A stretch of 35,734 nt of DNA from a virus (taxonomy: Duplodnaviria; Caudoviricetes), in IMG/VR virus record IMGVR_UViG_3300030397_000311, positions 1 through 35,734 of that record, one strand, 5' to 3'. Positions 1-9,453 of the stretch are shown here, piece by piece. Every line of letters begins with the position of its first letter. Position 1 is the first letter of the stretch. The notes under the pieces were generated by a model, which saw only the letters and a list, made by a program, of their open reading frames with translations, ran no database searches and was not told the DNA's origin. The position numbers and the translations under genes are program-made.

Positions 1-17
1 GTTTCCCAGTCACGATC
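1..17 (+). other. Random-PCR (SISPA primer A/B type, M13-derived) amplification tag; library artefact
   Basis: Window starts exactly GTTTCCCAGTCACGATC, the tag used for random amplification of viromes and closely related to M13 -40 GTTTTCCCAGTCACGAC. Confidence 0.85.
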
Positions 18-18
18 C

Positions 19-117
19 GGCACCAAGATGCTTGTTTCTGCGCTGGCTGGCCTTGAGTTCGAGTACAAGGATTTTGGCAACGAGATTGAGCGCGTGGTGG
101 CCAAAGAGCTTTCGTAA
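19..117 (+). CDS. 3' end of a truncated hypothetical gene
   Basis: Open frame GTKMLVSALAGLEFEYKDFGNEIERVVAKELS-TAA ending just upstream of the ORF at 134. Confidence 0.45.
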   Translation, partial: GTKMLVSALAGLEFEYKDFGNEIERVVAKELS

Positions 118-133
118 TTTTTGAGATAAAAAT

Positions 134-610
134 ATGCCATTCCCAACAACCGTAAACCAGTCATTGCGAGATTCGCTAAGAGCCACTAACGAACAAAAGG
201 CCGTTGAGCTTATTGGCCGGGTGAATCTCATCAAGGATATATGCTTGTACATTTCCGGCGAGCCGACGATCAATGCGCGCAGGCTCCATGATTTGCAGGG
301 GTCTTTATTCGATCACAAGTCATTTATCCAGTCTGAGAACCTGGTCACAGCAGGCTCGAGAGGTGCAATCGCTGACGCCGAGGCCCAGTACGCCAATGCA
401 GCGGCGGTAACAACCGACATTCAGGCCGCCAATACCGCGTTTAACCAGCTAACGGCAGAGATTGAGCTTGTGCTGAATGCTATCCGTGGTGCAAGGCAGT
501 TGATTGATAACGATCCCGTGACGGGTCAGCGCATCAGCCCTGATATTCCGGAGGGTGATCTGACAGCATTGCGGGCGCTTGCCTCGTCGGTGCTTGCGTC
601 ACTGGGGTAG
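134..610 (+). CDS. Hypothetical protein (helical, 158 aa)
   Basis: ATG start, tightly packed with the next gene; no motif recognised. Confidence 0.7.
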   Translation: MPFPTTVNQSLRDSLRATNEQKAVELIGRVNLIKDICLYISGEPTINARRLHDLQGSLFDHKSFIQSENLVTAGSRGAIADAEAQYANAAAVTTDIQAANTAFNQLTAEIELVLNAIRGARQLIDNDPVTGQRISPDIPEGDLTALRALASSVLASLG

Positions 611-613
611 GTC

Positions 614-1135
614 GTGGCGTGGGAATACGCATTTGGGCTTGGGTCAACTGACTTTGGTGATGGAACCACCGGGCAAGGCTGGCAAAACCATAACTTTGTT
701 TACGGCGGCAAAATCACGTTCAGCGAGTCCGGCACGGTCGATCAGCTTGGCCAGTATTGTGTTGATATTGACGGAACAGGAAAGGCAGGGAAGATCGCGC
801 TTTATGACACCAGCGGTAACCTGGTTGTCGATGGCGGGTCGATCACTTATCCGGCCTCTATCGCATGGGCGGACTGCACGGCATTTACGGCGACATCGGT
901 ATCCGCTGCCAGTTATGTACCGCTTGGCTCTTGTGTCGATACCAAAGGCGCGTTTGGGTATGACACGTCAAATGCAGGGTCATTTGCGACAGAAGGTTAT
1001 TCCACGTTTCCGGCAGACCCAGAAACCGTCACCGTCGACGGTGATAGCGGGTACGGGTATGGTAGCCGGGCGAATTTCACAGCAAGCGCTGGTGGCTCAG
1101 GGCCAAATCTTCTTTCGCTTTTAGGTGTAGGATAA
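614..1135 (+). CDS. Putative virion accessory/fibre-associated beta-rich protein
   Basis: G/T/S/Y-rich; ends LLSLLGVG; GGGG/AGG upstream of GTG; function inferred from composition only. Confidence 0.6.
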   Translation: MAWEYAFGLGSTDFGDGTTGQGWQNHNFVYGGKITFSESGTVDQLGQYCVDIDGTGKAGKIALYDTSGNLVVDGGSITYPASIAWADCTAFTATSVSAASYVPLGSCVDTKGAFGYDTSNAGSFATEGYSTFPADPETVTVDGDSGYGYGSRANFTASAGGSGPNLLSLLGVG

Positions 1136-1139
1136 GACC

Positions 1140-2519
1140 ATGACAGCAGGATCAGTCACATTAAATGCAGGCTCAGGCGGCGAGGATGTCGCAACCGATG
1201 AGATTGCCGGCGTTGCCTACCAGCGGGTCAAGCTGGTTGATGGCACTATTGATGGCACCGATGCCATCCAGGGCACGGCCGCAAACGGTCTTGAGGTCGA
1301 TGTTACCCGTGTACAGGGTACGGTCACGGTTGACGGCTCAGGCGTTACCCAGCCTGTCAGTGGCACGATTACGGCTAACCTGTCGGCTACGGACAATGCC
1401 GTACTGGATTCCATAGCGGCAGCGCAGTTGCCGGATGGCCATAACGTCACGGTCGATAACGCCAGTATTGCGGTTACCAATGCAGGGCTGACGGAGCTTG
1501 CGGCAGCGATCAACACCAACCAGCTTGATGTCAATATCGCCACGGATTCTGTCGGTATCGGTGGTGGCACTGAGTACACGGAAGATGCAGCAGCCCCAGC
1601 CAACCCGGTCGGTAAGGCCGGGCTCATGGAGCGAGATGACGCGCTTGGCGGTATTACTCCGATTGAGGGTGACTGGTCGCACCAGTTTTGTAATGCCAAT
1701 GGCGCATTGTGGACGGCGGTTGACGGCACCGTAACAGTTGACGGATCTGGTGTGACCCAGCCGGTTTCCGGGACTGTTACCGCCAACCTCGGTGCTACGG
1801 ACAACGCCGTGCTTGACCAGATCGAGGTTAATACTTCGTATGGTGACAACACCGGCAACGGCACAGCCGCAGGCGCGCTCAGGGTCACGGTGGCATCGGA
1901 TACGACCGGCGTGCTGTCGGTTGATGACAATGGCGGGTCCCTGACCGTAGATGGCACGGTTACAGCCAACTTGGGCGCTACCGATAACGCGGTACTGGAT
2001 GATATCGCCGCGCACACCTCTGATCCGATGACGGTCGCGCATGATGCGGCCGCCACGGGTGCTGCGAACGTCAATATGGCCGGTGCTCGGGCCACGAACA
2101 GTGTTGAGGGTATTACGCAAGTTGCTAACGCTGATGCAACCCGGTTGGCCGCTGATCTCAATGGTGTTTTGTTAACGCGCCCGCACACGACACCTGAAGA
2201 GTCCATTTCCGAGCGTATTTCCAACACCAACGGTACCAGTACAAACTTTTCGACATTCAATGCAGGCGGCGCCGGTATTCACAATTATGTGACTGACATC
2301 ACTGTGCTGAATACGTCAGGAACCGATGGTTATGTGGATATCCGAGATGGTTCTGGCGGGTCTGTTATCTGGACCTTGCCATTGCCTGCTAACGGTGGTG
2401 CTACGCATTCGTTCAGCTTGCCGCTAAAGGGTGCGGCCAACACGGCCCTTGCTTATGACGTATCAGCTGCGCTGACGACGGTGTATATCTCTGTCAACGG
2501 ATACCAGGCGCAGGGCTAA
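1140..2519 (+). CDS. Beta-strand repeat fibre/decoration-like protein
   Basis: 459 aa, T/A/G/D/V-rich; two copies of GTVTVDGSGVTQPVSGTxTANLxATDNAVLD plus a partial third; AGGA RBS. Confidence 0.7.
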   Translation: MTAGSVTLNAGSGGEDVATDEIAGVAYQRVKLVDGTIDGTDAIQGTAANGLEVDVTRVQGTVTVDGSGVTQPVSGTITANLSATDNAVLDSIAAAQLPDGHNVTVDNASIAVTNAGLTELAAAINTNQLDVNIATDSVGIGGGTEYTEDAAAPANPVGKAGLMERDDALGGITPIEGDWSHQFCNANGALWTAVDGTVTVDGSGVTQPVSGTVTANLGATDNAVLDQIEVNTSYGDNTGNGTAAGALRVTVASDTTGVLSVDDNGGSLTVDGTVTANLGATDNAVLDDIAAHTSDPMTVAHDAAATGAANVNMAGARATNSVEGITQVANADATRLAADLNGVLLTRPHTTPEESISERISNTNGTSTNFSTFNAGGAGIHNYVTDITVLNTSGTDGYVDIRDGSGGSVIWTLPLPANGGATHSFSLPLKGAANTALAYDVSAALTTVYISVNGYQAQG

Positions 2520-2523
2520 TAAT

Positions 2524-3114
2524 GTGCTGCCAAAAACGAGAGAACAGGCGATTCGCGAAGGGTCTATGTATTACGACACAGGGGAGCCGTGTAAGCACGG
2601 GCACCTGTCAAAGCGTAATGTTAGAAACTGGGGTTGTTACGAGTGCGGCCAAATAGCAACGAAACGATGGAATAAAAAAGACAGAGAAGCTAATCCCGAT
2701 AAATATAGGGAAAGGGCTTTTCAATGGGCGGAAGCCAACCGAGAGTACACCAGAGAAAAAGCAAAGAACTGGCGGCGTAATAATCCTGACAAGGCAAGAG
2801 TAATTGAGCAAAGACCGCAAAGGAAGGCTGCGAAAGCCAGAAGGGTAAAAGAAAACCGGCATTATTATGCCGCAGCGACTGCTAAACGAAGGGCCGCAGT
2901 AAAGTCTGGAACTCCGCCGTGGGCTAATCACGCAAGAATAGAGAAAATCTATCGATTGGCGGCATGGGCCTCTAAATACACAGATGAGCCATTAGAGGTT
3001 GATCACGTCATTCCGTTGCAGGGCGATGGTGTTTGCGGTTTGCATGTAGAAACAAACATGCAGATTCTACCCAAGAGCGAGAACATCAGAAAATTCAACC
3101 ATTGGAGAGATTGA
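2524..3114 (+). CDS. HNH endonuclease (probable homing endonuclease)
   Basis: N-terminal YYDTGEPCKHGH..CYEC; C-terminal EVDHVIPLQG..VCGLHVETNMQILPKSENIRKFN; K/R-rich and more A-rich than neighbours. Confidence 0.9.
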   Translation: MLPKTREQAIREGSMYYDTGEPCKHGHLSKRNVRNWGCYECGQIATKRWNKKDREANPDKYRERAFQWAEANREYTREKAKNWRRNNPDKARVIEQRPQRKAAKARRVKENRHYYAAATAKRRAAVKSGTPPWANHARIEKIYRLAAWASKYTDEPLEVDHVIPLQGDGVCGLHVETNMQILPKSENIRKFNHWRD

Positions 3115-3117
3115 GCA

Positions 3118-3948
3118 ATGTTACTTCCATTGCACATGAATGGTTTGAATTTGGACTCCGGCACCGCAGTCGCGGTCATCACTGGTACAGCATCATCCGG
3201 GCTTACAGAGGCTGAGATCGTTACCGGTGGTGAGACCATCATCATCACACTCACGAACGATACGTGGGTGGCAGCAGGCGCTACCTTCAACGCCCAGCGC
3301 CAGAACATCATCGACGGGCTGGACTCAGCCCAGTCCGAGGCCACGGGCTGGAATGCCGAGGTCAGGGATAACGAGGTAGTCACGGCCGTTGTCAGGACCT
3401 CTGACACGGTTGTCACCATCACGCTGTCTGCTGCTGCCGCTTATGACGTAACGGCGGATGAGACCATCACGGTTACGGTGCCGGCCACGGCCCTTGTCAC
3501 ATCAGCCACAGAACTTACCGCCACGCCGACCATTGCGGTCACCGCAGATGTCGAAGAAGACGAAGAACAGCCCTCTGGCGGCTATGGCATCCGCAACGCC
3601 TATGACGCCTATCGCCAGCGCAAAAGAAAGCGCAAACGGGACATCAAACAGTTACGCGAGCAACTGTCAAAGATTGACAAGCCTGTTGACCGGGAAATCG
3701 GCCTGTTACTGCTGAAGCAGCGCCATATAGCTGAACGCCAGGCCGAGATTGATGAACTTGAGAAGATGGTTGTCGAGTTCTATTCCGAGCGTGAAGCCAA
3801 AGCAATGGAATCAGAGCGCCTGAAAAAAGCCTTTGTTCGTGCTTACATGCAGCGCAACTACTCGGCTATCGAGGCGTTTGAACGGGAAATGGAGCGATTC
3901 CGCGAAGATGAAGAGTTTTTGATGCTCGCGGTCACCTTGTTGCAATAG
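3118..3948 (+). CDS. Hypothetical virion-associated protein (Thr-rich beta N-domain, charged helical C-domain)
   Basis: 276 aa with a sharp compositional switch at EEDEEQPSGG. Confidence 0.65.
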   Translation: MLLPLHMNGLNLDSGTAVAVITGTASSGLTEAEIVTGGETIIITLTNDTWVAAGATFNAQRQNIIDGLDSAQSEATGWNAEVRDNEVVTAVVRTSDTVVTITLSAAAAYDVTADETITVTVPATALVTSATELTATPTIAVTADVEEDEEQPSGGYGIRNAYDAYRQRKRKRKRDIKQLREQLSKIDKPVDREIGLLLLKQRHIAERQAEIDELEKMVVEFYSEREAKAMESERLKKAFVRAYMQRNYSAIEAFEREMERFREDEEFLMLAVTLLQ

Positions 3949-3962
3949 TGTAGGATACGATC

Positions 3963-4328
3963 ATGGCAGACATAGTACGCATCAACATCCCCCGCACAGT
4001 GGTTGAGGAAAACAGCCATTTCACGGCCACGGCCTATTTCCGGGACCATGCCACCAGCGCAGCAGCGACACCGACGACTATTCGTTATCGTGTCGATTGC
4101 CTGTCAACGCGCACGGTCCTCGTGGATTGGACCGGCGTATCAGCCGCATCCAGCGTATCAATCACGATTCCTGCTGCTGCCAACAATATCCAGGACAACA
4201 CCAACCGCTTTGAGCACAAGCAGATCACGGTGGAAGCTGATAACGGGCTATCAACACAGGCGATCGGCCAGAGAACCTGGAAAACCCGCAACATTTATGG
4301 CCTTACCAAAACGGGTGTGGTGGCTTAA
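3963..4328 (+). CDS. Hypothetical protein (possible Ig-like/BppU-like fold)
   Basis: AGGA RBS; alternating beta pattern; TAATG coupling to terS. Confidence 0.6.
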   Translation: MADIVRINIPRTVVEENSHFTATAYFRDHATSAAATPTTIRYRVDCLSTRTVLVDWTGVSAASSVSITIPAAANNIQDNTNRFEHKQITVEADNGLSTQAIGQRTWKTRNIYGLTKTGVVA

Positions 4329-4693
4329 TGGCTGTCGAAATTGATGCCAAAAAGGTAGAATCCCTTGCAGGTCAGGGACTTACTACAAAGCAAATAGCGG
4401 ATTGCATCGGCTGTGCGCGGTCGACATTTTACGAGCACAAGAATAAGCGCCCGGACATATCGGACGCTCTAAAAAGGGGTCGATCAAAAGGCATACAGGC
4501 AGTCACAAATGCCCTGTTTGAGTCTGCGGTAGATGGCAACACCACGGCGATGATTTTCTACCTCAAGAACCGAGACCCGGATAAGTGGAAAGACCGCCAG
4601 GCTGTTGATCACACAACCAAAGGCAAGAAAATGAAAGCGGCGCCGTTGCCGTTTGATTTCAATGGAAAGCCTGAAACTCCCGCCAAAAACTGA
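4328..4693 (+). CDS. terS: Terminase small subunit
   Basis: HTH (GLTTKQIADCIGCARSTFYE), ALKRGR, GNTTAMIFYLKNR..W.DR, DHTTKG; directly upstream of the large subunit. Confidence 0.9.
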   Translation: MAVEIDAKKVESLAGQGLTTKQIADCIGCARSTFYEHKNKRPDISDALKRGRSKGIQAVTNALFESAVDGNTTAMIFYLKNRDPDKWKDRQAVDHTTKGKKMKAAPLPFDFNGKPETPAKN

Positions 4694-6050
4694 AAGGGCC
4701 ATACGCTGGCTCATTGCCACGTTACAGGGTGAAGCCGGTCCGGATCATCCTGAGTTCAAAGTCCCGTTGCGCCACCTGTTGTTCAAGGGCGGGCGCGGCA
4801 GCGCCAAATCTCATACCGTGGCCCGGGTGATTATCAATATCTGTGTGGGCATGTGCATTCGTGTGCTCTGTACTCGTGAAATCCAGAAATCCATTGAAGA
4901 ATCTGTCTATCAGACCCTGTCGGATGTCATTGACGATATGGGCTTTGATGGGTTCTACGACAAGAAAAAGACCACCATCGAGGGCCAGAACGGATCTGAA
5001 ATCTTGTTTGCGGGCCTTCGCACCCAGGATGTCAACAAGCTTAAATCGATGGAAAATATCCGGGTCTGCTGGGTTGAAGAGGCGCACGTAATCTCAGAGC
5101 GCAGCATCGAGGTGCTGACACCGACCGTTCGCGCAGATAACTCGGTCATTATCTACACCTACAACCCGGAGCTTGAGGATGATCCTGTGCATGCCACGTA
5201 TACCCTGGACCCGCAGCCTGATGTCTGTGTGGTTGACCTGAACTGGCGGGACAATCCGTGGTTTCCGAAAGTGCTAGAGGGTGAGCGTGACCGGACCTAT
5301 CGCAACGACAAGACCAGGAACAAGACCAAGTACAACTGGATATGGGAGGGCAAAACACTGCCCGCTGTGGAGGGCGCGATCTTTGCTGATGAGGTCGCGA
5401 AACTACAAGAAGAGGGCCGCATACGCCCGCTTGAGTATGACCCGAAGGGCCTTGTCTATGTGATTATGGACCTGGGCTATGGCGTGATGACCGCCAAGCT
5501 GGTGCAGAAGTTTGCCAGCACGGTGCAGGTGATTGGCTATTACGAGCTGTATAATTCGACCTATGCTGAACTGACCAATGGTACGGGTGAGCCGGGCGCG
5601 TTCAAGGGCCTGAAAAAGCTGTTCCCGCATTACCGCTGGGGCAAAGTATTCATGCCGCACGATGCCAGCCATAGAGACCCAAAGACGGGCAAATCCCACA
5701 AAAAGGTCATGGAGGAACTGGGCTGGGACGTTGCAGACATCGAGCAGATCGGTGTCGAGAACTACATAGAGGCCGGCCGCGGCCTGTTCAACAATATCTA
5801 CATCAGCAATAGCGACGATACGGAGTTTGGTGGTTGCAAACAGTTACTGCGCTGTCTGAAGCGCTGGCGCTACCAGGTGTCGGACACAGATACCGGCTCC
5901 AAGAAGATGCACCCGCCGATGAAAGATGAGTTTTCGCATGGTGGTGAAACGTGGTGCTACACTGCGGTCGTTGCTGAGGAATTGGTCAACGAAAAGCCGG
6001 GTGTAAGCAACCCGTATGCAGGATTTGAGACTGGTGGATACGCAGCCTGA
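4662..6050 (+). CDS. terL: Terminase large subunit (PBSX/Terminase_3-like)
   Basis: Walker A KGGRGSAKS, CTREIQKSI, Walker B CWVEEA, TYNP, NPWFP, nuclease motifs MDLG and MPHDA; ATG at 4662 preferred over TTG at 4653. Confidence 0.95.
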   Translation: MESLKLPPKTERAIRWLIATLQGEAGPDHPEFKVPLRHLLFKGGRGSAKSHTVARVIINICVGMCIRVLCTREIQKSIEESVYQTLSDVIDDMGFDGFYDKKKTTIEGQNGSEILFAGLRTQDVNKLKSMENIRVCWVEEAHVISERSIEVLTPTVRADNSVIIYTYNPELEDDPVHATYTLDPQPDVCVVDLNWRDNPWFPKVLEGERDRTYRNDKTRNKTKYNWIWEGKTLPAVEGAIFADEVAKLQEEGRIRPLEYDPKGLVYVIMDLGYGVMTAKLVQKFASTVQVIGYYELYNSTYAELTNGTGEPGAFKGLKKLFPHYRWGKVFMPHDASHRDPKTGKSHKKVMEELGWDVADIEQIGVENYIEAGRGLFNNIYISNSDDTEFGGCKQLLRCLKRWRYQVSDTDTGSKKMHPPMKDEFSHGGETWCYTAVVAEELVNEKPGVSNPYAGFETGGYAA

Positions 6051-6204
6051 GCCAAAGCGGACCGATGAGCAGGACAGGCCGTTGTGTGAGTCTCCGCGCT
6101 GTGATGATGTGGCAGTGCATGTGACCCACACGGGCTATTTCTGCGATCATCATTACTGGCACCAGTCATCTGACACTTACCAGGGGTTTGCAGGATATGG
6201 CTGA
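6034..6204 (+). CDS. Small Cys/His (zinc-finger-like) protein
   Basis: CESPRC...FCDHH; fills the terL-portal gap and overlaps both. Confidence 0.45.
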   Translation: MDTQPEPKRTDEQDRPLCESPRCDDVAVHVTHTGYFCDHHYWHQSSDTYQGFAGYG

Positions 6205-8539
6205 AACAGACAGCACGGCCGAAAACGTCGATAAAAGCGGGGATAAGGACCTGGTCAACCTGGTCAGGCGACGCTACACGTTCATGGTAGACGCGGACGA
6301 TGAGAACCGTGAGGACGCGATGGACGACCTCAAGTTTGTGCATGAACCCGGCTACCAGTGGGAACACAGCATGAAGCAGGAGCGGGGCTTACGTCCCTGC
6401 TACGAGTTCAACACCCTGCGGACCACCATCAAGCGCATCATCAATGACATCAGGGCACAGCGACCGGCCGGCAAGGTCCGGGCTGTCGAGAACGGCGACA
6501 AAGCGGCTGCGGACTTACGTGAGGGCCTGATACGCAACATCTGGAACATCAGTGATGGTGATTCGGTGGTGGACTACGCTGCTGAGTATCAGGTCGCTGC
6601 TGGTTATGGTGCCTGGCGCGTCATCACGGAATACGTTGACGATTCTGCCTTTGAGCAGGATCTGAAAGTGGAAATGATCACCAACCCGTTCACGCTCTGG
6701 TGTGACCCATCAGCCAAAGACCCGCAGAAGCGGGACGCAGAGGACTGGCTGTATACCGAGAAAATCCCTTACAAGACGTATGAAAAGCGTTTCCCGAACG
6801 AGGATAAGGTTGATTTTGACAACCTGGAGGAATTTGACGAAAACCACGATTGGCAGGACGAAGAGAGCATACGAATCGCTGAATACTGGTACAAGGAACC
6901 GCACGAAAAAGAGCTGTGGTTACTCCAGACTGGTGAAGTGGTTGATTCGGAATCGGATGAGGCGAACGGGATCGCGCCGGACCTGATTAAAGACACCCGC
7001 AAGGTCAAGACCAATAAAATCATGTGGGTTGTCTGTAACGGGCAGAAAATCCTGGACGGTCCAAACGAGTGGGCCGGTAGTATGTTCCCGTTCGTGGTCG
7101 TGTATGGCGAATACGTGATTGTGGATGGCACACCGAAATGGTGTGGCCTGACCCGTTATGCCAAAGACGCGCAGCGCTCCTACAACGTATCCCGGACAGC
7201 CATTATCGAGACACTGGCACAGGCGCCTAAAACCCAGTGGTGGGCCACGGCCAAGCAAGCCGAGGGTCTTACCGCGCAGTGGGCAGAGGCGCACAAGAAA
7301 AACTTCCCGTTCATGCTGTACAACTCGGACCCGGCAGCACCTGGTACGCCGCAGCGCATGGGTGGTGCTGATGTGCCGGTTGCGCTGGTGCAGGAAACCA
7401 TGCTGGCCAGGGAAGATTTGAAGGCTGTCACGGGCATATTTGACCCGTCACTGGGCGCGCAATCCAACGAGACATCAGGCCGGGCGATCTATGCCAGGCA
7501 GCAGCAGGGCGAGATTGCGACATTCAACTTCCGGGACAACATGGCGAAAGGCGTGAAGCTGACCTATGAAATCCTGATGGACCTGATCCCGCATATCTAT
7601 GACACCGAGCGCGAAATGCGCGTCCTGGGCACGGATGGTGCTGAGGATTACGTCAAGCTCAACCAGGTCGTGTATGACAAGACCAGCGGCAGGATGGTGA
7701 GGGTCAACGACATGGCTGCCGGCAAGTACGATGTCACGGTCACGGTTGGTCCGAACTTCGCCACTCAGCGCCAGGAGGCGGCTGAGACGTACGGCATGAT
7801 TGCCCAGCAGTTCCCGGGACTGGTCGAGGTGGCTGGCGATTTGATGTTTAAGTCGATGGACCTGCCATATGCCGAGGAAATAGCCGAGCGCCTGCAAACC
7901 CTGCTACCCGAGCCGATTCAGAAACAACTGGCCGAGGGCAATGCTCAGCTTGACCCGGCGGTACAGGCTGCAATGGCCCAGGCTGAGGCTGCAATGGCAC
8001 TGGTCCAGGAGCATGGCCAATTGGTGCAGGAGGCTGCTGATGAGCTGGCCGTTGATAAATCCGAACTTGAAAAGCTGGGCGCTGATATCAAGACAGCCCA
8101 GGCTGATCTGAGGGCGGCTAAGGCTGAATTTGATGCTCATGTTGCCGAGGCCCAGGCCGAGATTATCGAGCGAGAAGTTGGCCTGACGGTCAAGGGTGCG
8201 GACCTCAAGGAGCAGGGTGCGGCCCTTAAAGAGCAGGCGATTAACGCCATCCAGGATCAAATTGGTGAGCTTGTGGACTCGGCGCAGGTTGCGGCACGCA
8301 CGGACAAGCTTGACCTGTTGATGTCCCAGTTCATGGTGAAGGTAGATGCGACGCTCGGTAATATCGATGCCCGGGCCGATGATCTGCAGGCCAAAACGGA
8401 CCGTGAGGTAACTGGTGGTCGTGTTACCAGGGATGGCGGAAAGATGACTGCTACGGTTCAATACGATGATGGCACAGAGAAAGCGATTTCTGCTGTGCGG
8501 GAGAAAGGTGATTTGAGGATTGTTGGAAACGAGGATTAA
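6197..8539 (+). CDS. Portal protein, P22-like, with long C-terminal coiled-coil barrel
   Basis: DDLKF..GYQW, RPCYEFN, AAGYGAWRV, IRIAEYWYK, AKDAQRSYN, NETSGRAI.ARQQQG, GKYDVTVTVGP..TQRQEA; AGGA RBS. Confidence 0.95.
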   Translation: MAETDSTAENVDKSGDKDLVNLVRRRYTFMVDADDENREDAMDDLKFVHEPGYQWEHSMKQERGLRPCYEFNTLRTTIKRIINDIRAQRPAGKVRAVENGDKAAADLREGLIRNIWNISDGDSVVDYAAEYQVAAGYGAWRVITEYVDDSAFEQDLKVEMITNPFTLWCDPSAKDPQKRDAEDWLYTEKIPYKTYEKRFPNEDKVDFDNLEEFDENHDWQDEESIRIAEYWYKEPHEKELWLLQTGEVVDSESDEANGIAPDLIKDTRKVKTNKIMWVVCNGQKILDGPNEWAGSMFPFVVVYGEYVIVDGTPKWCGLTRYAKDAQRSYNVSRTAIIETLAQAPKTQWWATAKQAEGLTAQWAEAHKKNFPFMLYNSDPAAPGTPQRMGGADVPVALVQETMLAREDLKAVTGIFDPSLGAQSNETSGRAIYARQQQGEIATFNFRDNMAKGVKLTYEILMDLIPHIYDTEREMRVLGTDGAEDYVKLNQVVYDKTSGRMVRVNDMAAGKYDVTVTVGPNFATQRQEAAETYGMIAQQFPGLVEVAGDLMFKSMDLPYAEEIAERLQTLLPEPIQKQLAEGNAQLDPAVQAAMAQAEAAMALVQEHGQLVQEAADELAVDKSELEKLGADIKTAQADLRAAKAEFDAHVAEAQAEIIEREVGLTVKGADLKEQGAALKEQAINAIQDQIGELVDSAQVAARTDKLDLLMSQFMVKVDATLGNIDARADDLQAKTDREVTGGRVTRDGGKMTATVQYDDGTEKAISAVREKGDLRIVGNED

Positions 8540-8545
8540 TGTAAA

Positions 8546-9433
8546 ATGTCGCAAGACGAACACGGTGCAGACGCGAGTCCTGAAACTGATGAGGTAGTCG
8601 ACCAAGAGCCGGATGGCCAAATCGATGAAACTGAGGTCCCTGGGGAAAGCGAAGCAGATTCACCACCTGCCGACGATGAAAACGTCGATGAAACAACGCA
8701 CGATTCTGACTCTGAGATTGTCAAGGCTGTAGAAGAGGCCACGGCAAACCAGAAAAAACGAATCGATACGCTGACGGATAACTGGCGATCGACCGAGCGC
8801 GACAATGATGCGCTTCGCAAGGAGCTGGACGAGGTCCGGGCTGAACTTGCTTCAGTCAGGTCAGAACAGCCCCTTAAGACGCTGGCAGATTTCGATGGCG
8901 ACGAACAGGCGTTTGGTAAGTACATGCTTGAAGAGGGCGAACGGCGGGCCGAAAGGGTTGCTGAACGCATTCTGAAGGACAACTCACCAGAAGCCGTTAC
9001 GATCGACGATATCGATGCTGCTCACAACGCTCGTGAGGATGCGTTCATGAAGTCCACGCCGGACTATCACGACAAGGTGATAGCCGACCGGACCGTGCCG
9101 ATCAAGCAGGCGATGGCAGAGGCGATCAAGGCGTCCGAAATTGGGCCTGAGATTGCGTACTACCTGGCCTCCAACCGGGACATTGCGGCGGATATCGCTC
9201 GCAAGCCTGACGGGGTGTCTGCGTACGAGATTGGCAAAATTGAGGTCCAGTTGCGGGACGAAATGGCGAAAACCGGTAAAGCCGCCAGCGATGCCCCTAA
9301 GCCCCCGCCGAAATCGGTTAAGGGCCAGCAACCGGGCACCAGGATCGCTGCGAATGATCCGAAGTCCGACAGGCTGTCTGATGCTGAATGGCAGAGGCGC
9401 AGGGAGGTGGATTTAGCCAAGAAACATGGCTAA
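8546..9433 (+). CDS. Scaffolding protein
   Basis: Between portal and coat; acidic N-terminus, QKKRIDTLT, GPEIAYYLASN, EIGKIE, Pro-rich C-terminus. Confidence 0.85.
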   Translation: MSQDEHGADASPETDEVVDQEPDGQIDETEVPGESEADSPPADDENVDETTHDSDSEIVKAVEEATANQKKRIDTLTDNWRSTERDNDALRKELDEVRAELASVRSEQPLKTLADFDGDEQAFGKYMLEEGERRAERVAERILKDNSPEAVTIDDIDAAHNAREDAFMKSTPDYHDKVIADRTVPIKQAMAEAIKASEIGPEIAYYLASNRDIAADIARKPDGVSAYEIGKIEVQLRDEMAKTGKAASDAPKPPPKSVKGQQPGTRIAANDPKSDRLSDAEWQRRREVDLAKKHG

Positions 9434-9453
9434 CGGATTAAGGAGGCCCATGA

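Noticed and set aside
1317-2000. CRISPR array or DGR template/variable repeat pair
   Set aside because: Repeats are in-frame protein repeats differing mostly at synonymous positions, not adenine-specific; no reverse transcriptase or cas gene present
1217-2260. Long antisense ORFs (also 7904-8620, 17231-18385, 12085-12774, 24554-25171)
   Set aside because: Shadow frames opposite well-supported genes, with no motifs or RBS
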